Positions 1 through 9,836 of a DNA stretch of 64,000 bases are shown one piece after another; position 1 is the stretch's first letter, and each line of letters begins with the position of its first letter. The translations under genes and the position numbers were made by a program. Below the pieces are notes generated by a model. The model searched no databases. It was not told where the DNA came from and saw nothing but the letters and a program-made list of their open reading frames with translations. Source of the DNA: an uncultured candidate division Zixibacteria bacterium (GTDB lineage: Bacteria; Zixibacteria; MSB-5A5; GN15; FEB-12); the NCBI GenBank assembly GCA_963735035.1, contig CAVTJJ010000004.1, positions 1,056,001 to 1,120,000 on the forward strand. The letters are read 5' to 3'.

Positions 1-1
1 C

Positions 2-352
2 GAACGTGTCTCCAGTGAAGACGCTCTACTAGATACCATGATTGCGTTGGAAGCGCTTGTACTAAGTGGAAAGGGCGATTCGAAATATCGTGGCGAACTC
101 AGGTTCAGACTTTCGCTTTATGTAGCTCGGCTTCTTGCCGAACACGAGAATGAACGAAAGCGTTTGTTCGAGCTTGTACGAGGGGCCTATGATTTGCGAA
201 GCAAAGTCGTGCACGGCGATACGCTGGACAGGCATGAAGAGGCAAGAGTAGGTGAGATTTCAGAAATAGCCCGCAAGGTTGCCTTGGAACTCCTCAGGAG
301 GACGGCTGCGAACGAATCTCCTCCTGACTGGGATTCGCTGACTCTGAAATGA
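2..352 (+). CDS. HEPN (Apea-like) domain protein, 5'-truncated by window edge
   Basis: Frame is open from base 2; IALEAL motif, ELRFRL and YDLRSKVVHG (HEPN Rx4H motif). Confidence 0.75.
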   Translation, partial: ERVSSEDALLDTMIALEALVLSGKGDSKYRGELRFRLSLYVARLLAEHENERKRLFELVRGAYDLRSKVVHGDTLDRHEEARVGEISEIARKVALELLRRTAANESPPDWDSLTLK

Positions 353-381
353 GCCCTTAACGCTACCCCCTCACTAAGTGA

Positions 382-410
382 TTGTCCCGCCGATTCGTAA
401 CCCCTATATT
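382..410 (+). promoter_or_regulatory. sigma70-type promoter of rarA, probably leaderless
   Basis: TTGTCC-17 nt-TATATT, with ATG at 417 six nt downstream and no SD sequence. Confidence 0.5.
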
Positions 411-416
411 CCCCGC

Positions 417-1784
417 ATGGATTTCTTCGAAGAGGAGCAACCCGAACATAAGCGCGCCTCCGTCGCGCCCCTCGCCGACCGCATGCGGCCCCGCTCATTC
501 GATGAGTTCGTCGGCCAGCAGAAAATTGTCGGCAAAGGCGCCCCGTTGCGCAAAGCGATCGAAGAAGACCGGGTGCCATCGATAATTTTCTGGGGCCCCC
601 CCGGCACCGGCAAGACCACTCTCGCACACCTGATCGCCGCCCACACCAAAGGGCAGTTCGTGCCGTATTCGGCAGTTACGTCCGGCATCAAAGAAATCAA
701 GGCGCTCATCAGCAAGTCGGGCGACTACTACAAGATGTCCGGCCGTCGCACCTACGTGCTCGTCGACGAAATCCACCGCTTCAACAAGGCGCAGCAGGAC
801 GCGTTCCTGCCGTATGTCGAGAAGGGGGACATCGTCCTGATAGGAGCCACCACCGAGAACCCGTCGTTCGAAGTCAACGCGGCGCTCCTCTCACGAATGA
901 AAGTGTACGTGCTCGACCGTCTCGCGCCCGAAGATATCGCGCATGTCATAACGACCGCGCTCAAAGACGACGAGCGCGGGCTCGGCAAGGCGGGCATCGA
1001 AATCGACGCGGACGCGCTCGAACTAATCTCAGTCGCGGCGGACGGCGATGCACGGCGGGGCCTTTCGTTGCTCGAAGCGGTAGCGTCGTTTGTCGGCAAG
1101 GAGCACAAGATCACGCTCGACGCCGCACGCGAGGTGCATCAGAAGGGGACGTTCGTTTACGACAAAGTGGGGGAAGAGCATTACAACCTAATTTCGGCGT
1201 TGCACAAAACTTTGCGCGACGGCGATCCCGACGCGGCGCTCTACTGGCTGGCGCGGATGCTCGAATCGGGGGAAGACCCGCTCTATGTAGTGCGGCGGTT
1301 GATTCGGTTCGCGACCGAAGATATCGGCCTGGCTGATTCGTACGCGCTGACACTCGCGCTCAACGCCCGCGACACGTACCACTTTCTCGGTTCACCTGAA
1401 GGAGAGTTGGCCATCGCGCAGTTGGTGATCTACATGGCCTGTGCACCGAAATCGAATTCGGCCTATATCGCGTTTGACAAGGCCAAGAAGGACGCCGCCG
1501 AATTTGGTTCGCTGCCGGTCCCGCTGTGGATTCGGAACGCTCCGACCGGGTTGATGAAAGAGCTCGGCTACGGCAAGGGGTACAAATACGCGCACGAATT
1601 CGAGGGGGCGCTGGTCGAGCAGGAGCATTTCCCCGATCAGCTTAAGGGGCGAATCTACTATGAGCCCAAGGGCGTCGGGCGGGAAGACCGGCTGGCGGAG
1701 TATGTTCAGAAGTATCGCGCCTTCCGTCACCAGGCGGAGAAAAACCCCAAGCCGAACCCAAAACCGACCGATAAGACTGAATGA
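417..1784 (+). CDS. rarA: Replication-associated recombination protein A (RarA/MgsA AAA+ ATPase)
   Basis: APLADRMRP, Walker A WGPPGTGKTT, DEIHRFNKAQQD, GATTENPSF, HYNLISALHK, KSNS, GYGKGYKYAH. Confidence 0.95.
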   Translation: MDFFEEEQPEHKRASVAPLADRMRPRSFDEFVGQQKIVGKGAPLRKAIEEDRVPSIIFWGPPGTGKTTLAHLIAAHTKGQFVPYSAVTSGIKEIKALISKSGDYYKMSGRRTYVLVDEIHRFNKAQQDAFLPYVEKGDIVLIGATTENPSFEVNAALLSRMKVYVLDRLAPEDIAHVITTALKDDERGLGKAGIEIDADALELISVAADGDARRGLSLLEAVASFVGKEHKITLDAAREVHQKGTFVYDKVGEEHYNLISALHKTLRDGDPDAALYWLARMLESGEDPLYVVRRLIRFATEDIGLADSYALTLALNARDTYHFLGSPEGELAIAQLVIYMACAPKSNSAYIAFDKAKKDAAEFGSLPVPLWIRNAPTGLMKELGYGKGYKYAHEFEGALVEQEHFPDQLKGRIYYEPKGVGREDRLAEYVQKYRAFRHQAEKNPKPNPKPTDKTE

Positions 1785-1816
1785 ACCGACCATCCGTTCG
1801 AGGGTTTAATAGAATT

Positions 1817-3079
1817 ATGCGCCGATTCCTGCTCAGCCTTGCTGTCTTGCTCGTCCTGCCCTGGTCAACCCGGGCGGCCAGTATACTCATCCCGATGGAT
1901 TCGACTCAGACCAATCATCTCAAGGCGTACGGCGTCGTTTTCAAATCCCTGCAGAAGGGGTACAAGTCGGAATGGCTGCTCAACTATCGCGGGGGATCGT
2001 TTCTGATCGATGAGACCCAGGACGTGCCGAACATGTGTCTGCTGATGGGGGTCTCGTACGAAAGCGCCGATCAGGGCAAGATCGCGGACATCTATCGCAC
2101 GATCGAGGTCGAAAACATGGAGCGGGTGGAACTGGAGAAGGCGCCGTCGATTGCGGTCTATGTCCCGCCGTCGAATCGACCCTGGGACGATGCGGTCACA
2201 CTCGCACTGACTTACGCCGAGATCAAGTACGATGTCATCTGGGACGAGGATATCCTGACCGGCAAACTGAACGATTACGACTGGTTGCATTGCCACCACG
2301 AGGATTTTACCGGGCAGTACGGCAAGTTCTACGGCGCGTTTCGGAACGAGCTCTGGTACCAGGCCGACGTGAAAGCGAACGAGGCGATGGCGGCCAAGAT
2401 GGGGTACACGAAAGTCTCGGAGCTCAAGCGTGACGTAGTTAAGACGATTTACGACTTCGTGCGCCGGGGCGGGTTCCTCTTCTCAATGTGTTCTGCGCCG
2501 GAGACAATGGATATCGCGCTGGCCGCCGACGGAGTTGATATCGTGCCGCGCGAGTTCGACGGCGACCCGGTCGATCCGGGATGCCAGGAGAAACTCGATT
2601 TCAGCAAGACGTTTGCCTTCGAGAATTTCAAGATTAATACCGACCCGCTGGTGTATGCCCGGTCGGATATTGACACCTACCCGGACCGGATTGTCAGATT
2701 TCCGTCCCCTGAGTTGGATTACTTCTTGCTGTTCGAGTTCTCGGCCAAGCTCGATCCGGTGCCAACTATGTTGGTGCAGGATCATGTCAACACGATCAAC
2801 GGCTTCATGGGGCAGGTGACCGGGTTCCGCAAGTCGCTCCTGAAGAAATACGTGACAGTTCTGGCGCAGCCGGAGAATTTCGACGAAGTTCGGTACATCC
2901 ACGGCAATCTCGGTCGCGGGACGTTTACGTTTTTGTCGGGGCACGATCCGGAGGATTACCGTCACATGGTGCACGATCCGCCGACCGACTTGAGTTTGCA
3001 TCCGAATTCGCCGGGGTATCGGTTGATTCTCAACAACGTCTTGTTTCCCGCCGCGAAGAAGAAAGAGCGGAAGACGTAG
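1817..3079 (+). CDS. Conserved secreted protein (FCB-group family often labelled 'asparagine synthetase B'; class I glutamine amidotransferase-like fold)
   Basis: Signal peptide; ILIPMD..Q.NHLKAYG, WLLNYRGGSF, WDDAVTLALTYAEI, DWLHxHHEDFTGQYGKFY, GHDPEDY, NSPGYRLILNNVLFPAA. Confidence 0.7.
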   Translation: MRRFLLSLAVLLVLPWSTRAASILIPMDSTQTNHLKAYGVVFKSLQKGYKSEWLLNYRGGSFLIDETQDVPNMCLLMGVSYESADQGKIADIYRTIEVENMERVELEKAPSIAVYVPPSNRPWDDAVTLALTYAEIKYDVIWDEDILTGKLNDYDWLHCHHEDFTGQYGKFYGAFRNELWYQADVKANEAMAAKMGYTKVSELKRDVVKTIYDFVRRGGFLFSMCSAPETMDIALAADGVDIVPREFDGDPVDPGCQEKLDFSKTFAFENFKINTDPLVYARSDIDTYPDRIVRFPSPELDYFLLFEFSAKLDPVPTMLVQDHVNTINGFMGQVTGFRKSLLKKYVTVLAQPENFDEVRYIHGNLGRGTFTFLSGHDPEDYRHMVHDPPTDLSLHPNSPGYRLILNNVLFPAAKKKERKT

Positions 3080-3108
3080 GGGAGAGGCTCTGCCGGCTTT
3101 GATCTCTT

Positions 3109-4401
3109 CTACAGAAGCAGGTCGAAATGCAGACCAAGAGTCAGGTACAGGCGCTCCACCAGGTTATCCTTTTTCATGTTGTAGAACAGGGACACTTCCG
3201 AGCTGACACCGAACTTGCTGGTCGGAGTAGGCACAAACTGGAGGCCTAATGAAGTCGTCCCGATAGCAGTGCTGCCGCTACGAGCATCCAGGACATAGCG
3301 ATTGGGGATGTCCGCCTCAGAAGTATCTGCAGATGGTGTCAGCACTACGCATTGTGCTTCTTTCTGGCTGTATCCTCTAAGCCCCACACCCAAATCAACA
3401 TACGGACGGAGGCCTATGGACGAACGAAACAGATACCGTCCGCTCACCGAGGCATACCAGTGACGGACATCGAAGGCGGTCGAGAATGAACGCGGATCGA
3501 GTTTCGTCGTGAACGAATATTTGACTGTGTACAGCGTTACCCCGGCCTGGAATTTCTCGCTCAGGCTTCGCCAGACTTGAATTCCTATCGCGAAAGGAAA
3601 ACGGGTTTCCTGCTCGGACAAAGTGACCCGAAGGGTCGACGTGTCGTTGTGGATCGACAGCGGCATCGGTGTGCCGGGCGTCTGGACGGCGAGGTGGGTA
3701 ATGAGCGAGAAGGCATATGATGACTGTACAACCTCGTGTTGCTGCCAGAGATATTTTCGCTGCTCGATCCGCGCCAGGGCCCGGTTAACTTTTCCGCTTA
3801 GCGCATTCAGGGAGTCGGCCAGACCGGGCTCGGTCAGTCGATGTTCCGGATCCCAGGTTATGGAATATAGCTCTTTAGCGGCCCGGTTGAGATCGTTTTG
3901 ATCGAAGGAGCGACTGGCATCCGCCATCAAGCGTCGAGTGTTAGACAAGGTTCGATCAGTGTAGATTATTTTGAGCATGCGCGCAATGCGGAGAAACTTG
4001 GTCGCCTCGACCGAAGGCCCGGACTTAGAGAGCGCTTCGAATTTCGAATAAGCGGCGGCCGCACTTCTCCCGGCGCGGCTTTCGGTATAGAGATGAGCCG
4101 ACTTCCTGCCGTCTTCGGCTATAAGAGATAGAGCCGCAGGCTGTGCTTGGCCGGCCTGGGCAACGTACTGGACCAGGTCATTGAAGAGCACCCGGTACTT
4201 TCCGAGTTCCTTCAGTTGTAGGGAATCGGGAGGGTTGCTGGTGAATTCAACTTCAGTACTCTTCAAAATAGAATCAACTTGTTCCAACCTACCCAGAACA
4301 AGCAGCGAGTCAGCGGTCCGAAAGTCGGGGGATTGTCCCAGGGCTATGACTGGAGAAGACATCGCAACGCCGAGAACGAATGAGACCGTGATGATCTTCA
4401 T
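3109..4401 (-). CDS. Hypothetical exported protein: helical N-terminal half plus a C-terminal outer-membrane beta-barrel-like domain
   Basis: AGGAG RBS, signal peptide MKIITVSFVLGVAM..., RPYVDLGVG and alternating beta strands ending LGLHFDLLL. Confidence 0.6.
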   Translation of the reverse strand: MKIITVSFVLGVAMSSPVIALGQSPDFRTADSLLVLGRLEQVDSILKSTEVEFTSNPPDSLQLKELGKYRVLFNDLVQYVAQAGQAQPAALSLIAEDGRKSAHLYTESRAGRSAAAAYSKFEALSKSGPSVEATKFLRIARMLKIIYTDRTLSNTRRLMADASRSFDQNDLNRAAKELYSITWDPEHRLTEPGLADSLNALSGKVNRALARIEQRKYLWQQHEVVQSSYAFSLITHLAVQTPGTPMPLSIHNDTSTLRVTLSEQETRFPFAIGIQVWRSLSEKFQAGVTLYTVKYSFTTKLDPRSFSTAFDVRHWYASVSGRYLFRSSIGLRPYVDLGVGLRGYSQKEAQCVVLTPSADTSEADIPNRYVLDARSGSTAIGTTSLGLQFVPTPTSKFGVSSEVSLFYNMKKDNLVERLYLTLGLHFDLLL

Positions 4402-4601
4402 GAGAGTCTCCTGTACTGATTGTCGATTTTCTTCCCGTAGCACCATGCCGTAAAGTCGATGGAAGAAATCAACCACTTGTTGAACAGAATCCTTAGCTAT
4501 ATTATTCGGATCAATGCTTCGGATCAAGTGAAAATCTTGGTTTCGGGATTTTCTATCGTTAGTGCAGGTTTAGTCGTGCGCAAATCGGGCCGTATTTATT
4601 T

Positions 4602-4630
4602 TTGACAACGGCCGGTGTGTCGCGTACCTT
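4602..4630 (+). promoter_or_regulatory. sigma70-type promoter of ruvX, probably leaderless
   Basis: TTGACA-17 nt-TACCTT, with ATG at 4638 seven nt downstream. Confidence 0.55.
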
Positions 4631-4637
4631 TTCGCGC

Positions 4638-5063
4638 ATGGCCGAAAGCACACGTACATTTCTCGCCATCGACTACGGCGTCCGCCGGATCGGGTTGGCC
4701 AAGAGCGATCCGTCGGGGATCATCGCCACGGCGCTCGAAACGCTGCAGGTTAAATCGGACGACGAAGCGATTGGCAAGCTCAAACGTACAATATCCGAGA
4801 TACAACCGTCGGCGCTCGTAATCGGATATCCGGTCAACGCCAACGGGACGATGGGTGAGGCCTGTCGGAAAGTCGATGCGTTTGTGCTTCGGCTGACGAA
4901 AATATTCGATGGGCCGATTCACAAAGTGGACGAGTATGGGACGTCCGAGGAAGCCGCTGATGTTGTCCACGCCCACGGCATGAAGATCGGCAAGAAGAAG
5001 GCCCGGATCGACCGTCTTGCCGCGGTCATTATTCTTCGGAGGTTTCTCGATGAGCAGCAGTGA
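4638..5063 (+). CDS. ruvX: Holliday junction resolvase-like / pre-16S rRNA nuclease RuvX (YqgF)
   Basis: LAIDYGVRRIGLAKSD, VIGYP, VDEYGTS, IDRLAAVIIL; lies next to mltG as commonly seen. Confidence 0.92.
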   Translation: MAESTRTFLAIDYGVRRIGLAKSDPSGIIATALETLQVKSDDEAIGKLKRTISEIQPSALVIGYPVNANGTMGEACRKVDAFVLRLTKIFDGPIHKVDEYGTSEEAADVVHAHGMKIGKKKARIDRLAAVIILRRFLDEQQ

Positions 5064-5208
5064 TACCGGAATGCGAGTGCGCCTGTGGGAATATCCGGTC
5101 TGGCTGTTGGTCACAGTTCCGCTGTTGTTAATTGGCATTGTGTTGTGGATATTTGGGCGATTGTTTGGTTTAGTAAGCATGATTGGAAAGCGCCGTACTG
5201 ATGGTTAG
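5050..5208 (+). CDS. Small (52 aa) membrane protein
   Basis: Fills the ruvX-mltG gap exactly and overlaps both genes; long hydrophobic stretch followed by KRR. Confidence 0.5.
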   Translation: MSSSDTGMRVRLWEYPVWLLVTVPLLLIGIVLWIFGRLFGLVSMIGKRRTDG

Positions 5209-6184
5209 GGCTGTCTTCATAACGATCGTTCTCTTGGTCTTGATCGCTGCGGTCTGGGGCTATGTGTCGTACGTTACGACCGTCGATCTGGGTGATCGGG
5301 TTGTCTCGGTCATTATCGCTCCCGGCGACAGTTTCGAGAAGATTGCTTCCTACCTGGTCGATAGTGGAGTGGTCCGTTCAGGGGTCGTGCTAAGGTACGT
5401 GGCACAACGGCGCGGACTCGATCGGAAACTCATCCCCGGTCGGTACGATTTCATGGGGAAGAACTCCTGCCGCTCAGTGCTCGGCAAGCTGGAGCGCGGT
5501 GACGTGGTCACCATTCGAGTAACCATCTACGAGGGCGCCCCGATCTGGAAAGTGGCGTCGATTTTGTCACGTCGGATGTCGGTTGACTCGGCCGAAGTCG
5601 TTCGCCTCAATCGCGATTCGGCCTGGCTGGCCGAACTGGGCGTGCCTTCACTCGAAGGGTATCTCTTTCCCGAAACGTATTTCTTTCTCTGGGGGACGAG
5701 TATCCACGGCATGCTCAGGACCATGGTCGAGATGTACCACACCAAGACCGATACGATATGGCCGCCGACACTTCCCGATGGCCTCACTCGGCAGGATGTG
5801 ATCGTGCTGGCGTCGATAGTTGAGTCCGAAGCGCTTCTTGACGCCGAGAAACCGCAGATAGCGTCTGTCTATCATAACCGGATCAGAGAGAAGATGAAAC
5901 TGGATGCCGATCCGACTATCATCTATGCGCTCGGTGGGCTGGCCCGTCCCCTTACCAAACGAGATCTCGAAATCGAATCGCCCTACAATACTTACCGAAG
6001 GCGCGGCCTTCCGCCCACACCAATCAATTCACCCGGACTGTCCGCCATTCGCGCGGCACTGAATCCGGGCCTGACAGATTATTTCTTCTTCGTGGCTGAC
6101 GGGAGCGGTGGTCATCGGTTCTCTCGCACCAACGACGAGCACAATCGGGTACGTCAGGAGCTACGACGGGCTTTGCGAAAGTGA
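5201..6184 (+). CDS. mltG: Endolytic transglycosylase MltG
   Basis: N-terminal TM helix, LEGYLFPETY, LASIVESEA, KLDADPTIIY, SPYNTYRRRGLPPTPINSPG. Confidence 0.95.
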   Translation: MVRAVFITIVLLVLIAAVWGYVSYVTTVDLGDRVVSVIIAPGDSFEKIASYLVDSGVVRSGVVLRYVAQRRGLDRKLIPGRYDFMGKNSCRSVLGKLERGDVVTIRVTIYEGAPIWKVASILSRRMSVDSAEVVRLNRDSAWLAELGVPSLEGYLFPETYFFLWGTSIHGMLRTMVEMYHTKTDTIWPPTLPDGLTRQDVIVLASIVESEALLDAEKPQIASVYHNRIREKMKLDADPTIIYALGGLARPLTKRDLEIESPYNTYRRRGLPPTPINSPGLSAIRAALNPGLTDYFFFVADGSGGHRFSRTNDEHNRVRQELRRALRK

Positions 6185-6186
6185 CC

Positions 6187-6290
6187 GTAGGGCAGAATCC
6201 GCCGCCGTTTCGGTGGCGTGATTCTGCCGACACCAAGACATGCTGAGCTTGTCGAAGCATGGCAGAACCGCTCACCCGCCGTGGTGGGCG
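6187..6290. repeat. REP-like palindrome cluster between convergent genes
   Basis: GTAG followed by the hairpin GGCAGAATC...GATTCTGCC (6187-6228) and CATGCTGAGCTTGTCGAAGCATG (6239-6261); related motifs recur at 55061-55257. Confidence 0.65.
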
Positions 6291-6336
6291 CAAGACCTAA
6301 CGCAACGACGTTCGTGCGTTTCAGCCCCACATTTTT

Positions 6337-6888
6337 TCAGATAGGAGAGTGTTCTGTTTGCCGGCGACCGATTACCGCCGCTAATTGATCGAACGCTGCG
6401 TCGAGCTGACCTGATTCAACAGTTGCGAACGCTTCAGGAACGTCGGAACTATATCCCAACATGCCTACAAGCTGACCGTCGTGCTTCAGCGGCCGAAGCA
6501 TGAATGAAACCGTGTCGTCATCGAACAAGAGCCGGCGCTCGATCGAGTTGCCGTCGAAGAATTGGGTGATGCTTTCGGAGTAGAGTTGGCCGTGCTCGGC
6601 AACTTTCTCGAAAAACGAAGGAGTTTGCGGGAGTCGGAGTGATAGAGTCTTGTGGGTGCCGTCGTTCTTCCAACTGGCGATGGCCAGGAATCGTGTCCGG
6701 TCACCTTCGCGCAAGGCCAGAAATCCTTTGCGGATTTCCAGGAAACGTTCCAACAGACGGGAAAATTGCACGAAAGCGTTCCCCGGATCAGCCGCGCCCT
6801 CGAGAGATTGGCCTAGTTCCGAGAGCACTCGCACGGCGGGATCGTTATTGGCGTTCCTCGCCTGCTCGCTATGCTTCCACCGGTTCAT
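6337..6888 (-). CDS. Stand-alone GAF-domain-like protein
   Basis: GGAGG RBS, overlaps the upstream regulator; SFMLRPLKHDGQLVGMLGYSS..PEAF is a typical GAF C-terminal pattern. Confidence 0.6.
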   Translation of the reverse strand: MNRWKHSEQARNANNDPAVRVLSELGQSLEGAADPGNAFVQFSRLLERFLEIRKGFLALREGDRTRFLAIASWKNDGTHKTLSLRLPQTPSFFEKVAEHGQLYSESITQFFDGNSIERRLLFDDDTVSFMLRPLKHDGQLVGMLGYSSDVPEAFATVESGQLDAAFDQLAAVIGRRQTEHSPI

Positions 6889-8311
6889 CGACCTCCTGCA
6901 TAGGCGATCCATCCGGCTGCCGGTTGAGATCGTACCTCTTGATCTTGCGCCAAAGAGTCGTGCGACCGATTCCGAGGTCGCTGGCCGTTCTGGTATAGTT
7001 CCAGTCGTTTTCGTTCAGAGCCTGAACGATCAATTGACGCTGATTATTGTCGAGCAGATTCCCCTTCAGTCGGAGGGTGGTGCGAGTCGGGCCGATCGGT
7101 TGTACCAGATGATTGTTATCTGTGGCCACGAACATTATATCCGTCGCCTCGAGATGGTTCGACGGACAAAGCGCCGCAGCTCTCTTGAGGGTGTTTTCCA
7201 ATTCCCTGATGTTACCCGGCCAGGTGTGGGCGAGCAGTTTGTCCACCGCGTCCCGACCAATAGTCAGGCTGGGGCGGCCGATTTCGGAAGCGATCCGACG
7301 GAGGAAATAATCGGTCAATATTTCGACATCCTCGGCTCTCTCTTTCAAGGTAGGCAGGTAGAGCGGGATGACATTCAGCCGGTAGTAAAGGTCTTCGCGA
7401 AATTTCCCTTCGGCCACCATGCTGCCCAGGTCGCGGTTGGTGGCGGCCACGATACGGACCTCGACTTTGCGGGAGGTTGAAGCGCCCACGCGTCGAATCA
7501 CCGAATCCTGAATGAAGCGCAGCAGTTTGACCTGAATGCCGGGCGGAATATTGCTCACTTCGTCAAGGAATAACGTGCCGGTGTCGGCTTCTTCAAACAA
7601 GCCGGCCCGGTTCTGAGAGGCCGACGTAAATGATCCCTTCGTATGTCCAAAGAGCTCGGACTCCATCAGAGCTTCCGGGATTGCGCTGCAGTCGACTGCG
7701 ACAAACGGCTTGTGACGACGATTGGAGTGATGGTGGATGGCTCGGGCGAAAAGCTCCTTGCCGGTACCGGATGCGCCTGTGATCAGGACCGTGATGTCGG
7801 TGGGGGCGATCCGACGCGCGGTTTCTTTTATCTGCGCCAGTTGCTTGGATATCCCCACGATATTGTCGAATCCGTAGTTCATGGCGACACGCTGCCGAAG
7901 AGAGACGATTTCCTGTTTGAGCTGTCGGCGTTCGAGCGCTTTGGAAACTCGAAGGAGGAACTCGTCGTTGCTGAAAGGCTTCGTCACGTAATCGAACGCG
8001 CCCGCTTTCATAGCGGCCACCGAACTTTCGATCGTGCCGTAACCGGTCAGCAGAATAGCCTCGGTGTCGGGGTGTCTTTCTTTTACAAGGCGGATAAGGT
8101 CGATGCCGTCTTCGTCACCCAGTCTGAGATCGACTATGACCAGATCGACCGATTGTTCTCCGAGCAACTGTGCGGCCTGACGGATGTTGTCCGCGTCCAG
8201 TACCCGGTAATGCACGCGGCGCAACAAGACCGTCATGGTGCTGCGCACAGCCGGGTCGTCGTCTACGATCAGTATGGTGCCTTCGGCCTTGTTGTTGACA
8301 ATTTCAGACAT
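6869..8311 (-). CDS. Sigma54-dependent response regulator (NtrC/AtoC family; REC-AAA-Fis HTH)
   Basis: ILIVDDD receiver, GASGTGKE, ESELFGHTKGSFTSA, GTLFLDEV, FREDLYYRL, WPGNIREL, LGIGRTTLWRK. Confidence 0.95.
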   Translation of the reverse strand: MSEIVNNKAEGTILIVDDDPAVRSTMTVLLRRVHYRVLDADNIRQAAQLLGEQSVDLVIVDLRLGDEDGIDLIRLVKERHPDTEAILLTGYGTIESSVAAMKAGAFDYVTKPFSNDEFLLRVSKALERRQLKQEIVSLRQRVAMNYGFDNIVGISKQLAQIKETARRIAPTDITVLITGASGTGKELFARAIHHHSNRRHKPFVAVDCSAIPEALMESELFGHTKGSFTSASQNRAGLFEEADTGTLFLDEVSNIPPGIQVKLLRFIQDSVIRRVGASTSRKVEVRIVAATNRDLGSMVAEGKFREDLYYRLNVIPLYLPTLKERAEDVEILTDYFLRRIASEIGRPSLTIGRDAVDKLLAHTWPGNIRELENTLKRAAALCPSNHLEATDIMFVATDNNHLVQPIGPTRTTLRLKGNLLDNNQRQLIVQALNENDWNYTRTASDLGIGRTTLWRKIKRYDLNRQPDGSPMQEVDEPVEA

Positions 8312-9710
8312 GAGTCGGTTTTCCTTCGACAGGGATGCTTATGGTTGTAGTCAGGTTGCCGTCTTCCAGGGCCTCATACGAGCAGGCGAATCCGAGTCGA
8401 TCGGCCAGCCGGGTCGCATATGTTTTCCACTGAGAGTGAAACTTGGTGGTCTGGGAGCCGTCGCCCAGAGTTGCGACGTCCACTACGATGTTGTCGTCTT
8501 CCTGACGCAATCTTATGCGACTTGAGGCGCCGATGCCCTGAACGGTGTGCGAACGCAATACCGCCTCTGCCAGCGTGGACAAGGAAGATCCGGGAGCGGC
8601 CAAGGTAGTCTGTTCGGTCATTTCGTCGGGAACGATAGTAATGGGTCGGTTCAAGCGAGATCGGGCCAGCTTTACGGCGCCACTGATCTCACCGACCAGC
8701 GAGACATGTCGCCGGGCAGGGCGTTGGCCGCCGGCGAGCAGATCGAGACCGTCAACCAATCGATCCAGCTCACCCGTTTCGGATGAGATTATCTCAGCGA
8801 GTTTGCGCCTGTCTGAAGCCGCGTCTTTGCCCGTCAGCCCTTCCAATTGACTGGAAGCGGTGGTGATTACCGAGATCTTGTTTCGCATGGCATGAACAAA
8901 GAATTCTGAGAAGAAGTTGTCGCCGGCTTCGCGGGCCTGGCGGCGTCGCTCCGGAAGCAAGGTCATCACGGCCAGATGGGTCTCACCTATGGTGACATTT
9001 TCCAGATGCAGACCGCGGGTATTCACAATTTGGTGCAACTCGTCGGAAAGGGTCGAGAATTCCTTATCGACCACGGTTGTGTTGTCTCCGCCCAGCAGTC
9101 GGCACAACTGTTCGTCGGCAGCTACGACTCGGCCGGAGGCGCGGTTTACCACCAGATACGGATTCCCTTGATTCAAATGGGAGTGCAGTTCCGTGAATGT
9201 CCGAGCGGCCGATTTGAGGGCGGTCCGCCATTCCGCTATTTGTGATTCGAACCCTGTAACTCGCACTGAACGATCCCACTGGCGATCAGGTTCGGCCAGC
9301 CCCAGCATCAGTTCGCAGCCGCCGATCGTGCCGATTCGAGCCGTGTGCATCTCACACGGAACGGTATCCGGTCCACCGAATCGAACCCTATGTGTGAACA
9401 CTGCGTCGGGATGATGCAGAATCGAGGGGGCGAAATCCGGGACACACAACGCCTCAGTCTCGGTAGGAAACAGCATGTGATCGTCAGCCATGAGCAGGAT
9501 TCGGCCAGGAGCCAACCACCTCAGAAAGCGCTGGTCGCTCTCAGTCAGCCAGTCACGGAAATGCAGACCCAGCAACAGAGTCTCCAGGGCAGGTCGTGAA
9601 TCTGTGTGGACCGAGAATTCAGGATTTGTCACACAGATTGTGTGGGGCACGTCCGCCTGAGTCGGTTCAGTATGAAACCTGGGATGTGGCACGAAGGGCT
9701 CCTGTTTCAA
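8304..9710 (-). CDS. Degenerate histidine-kinase-like protein (PAS-like plus HisKA-like, eroded HATPase domain)
   Basis: H-box-like FVHAMRNKISVI followed by a DHp helix; no recognisable N, G1 or G2 boxes; overlaps the response regulator; TTG start uncertain. Confidence 0.6.
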   Translation of the reverse strand: MKQEPFVPHPRFHTEPTQADVPHTICVTNPEFSVHTDSRPALETLLLGLHFRDWLTESDQRFLRWLAPGRILLMADDHMLFPTETEALCVPDFAPSILHHPDAVFTHRVRFGGPDTVPCEMHTARIGTIGGCELMLGLAEPDRQWDRSVRVTGFESQIAEWRTALKSAARTFTELHSHLNQGNPYLVVNRASGRVVAADEQLCRLLGGDNTTVVDKEFSTLSDELHQIVNTRGLHLENVTIGETHLAVMTLLPERRRQAREAGDNFFSEFFVHAMRNKISVITTASSQLEGLTGKDAASDRRKLAEIISSETGELDRLVDGLDLLAGGQRPARRHVSLVGEISGAVKLARSRLNRPITIVPDEMTEQTTLAAPGSSLSTLAEAVLRSHTVQGIGASSRIRLRQEDDNIVVDVATLGDGSQTTKFHSQWKTYATRLADRLGFACSYEALEDGNLTTTISIPVEGKPTHV

Positions 9711-9807
9711 TATGGGACATCATGTCAATCTTATCGGTTTCGATTCAGAACACTTTAGGCCACACCCGAGGAATGTGGTGAAACTGACCCGCGGATTCTT
9801 TTCAACC

Positions 9808-9836
9808 TTGACGCCGCCCACGCGCCGGCGTATCTT
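9808..9836 (+). promoter_or_regulatory. sigma70-type promoter upstream of kdsB-pyrG
   Basis: TTGACG-17 nt-TATCTT. Confidence 0.5.

Noticed and set aside
1817..3079. Calling this gene asnB
   Set aside because: It has no N-terminal Cys Ntn domain or SGGLDS synthetase motif and it carries a signal peptide, so the label would be a misannotation.
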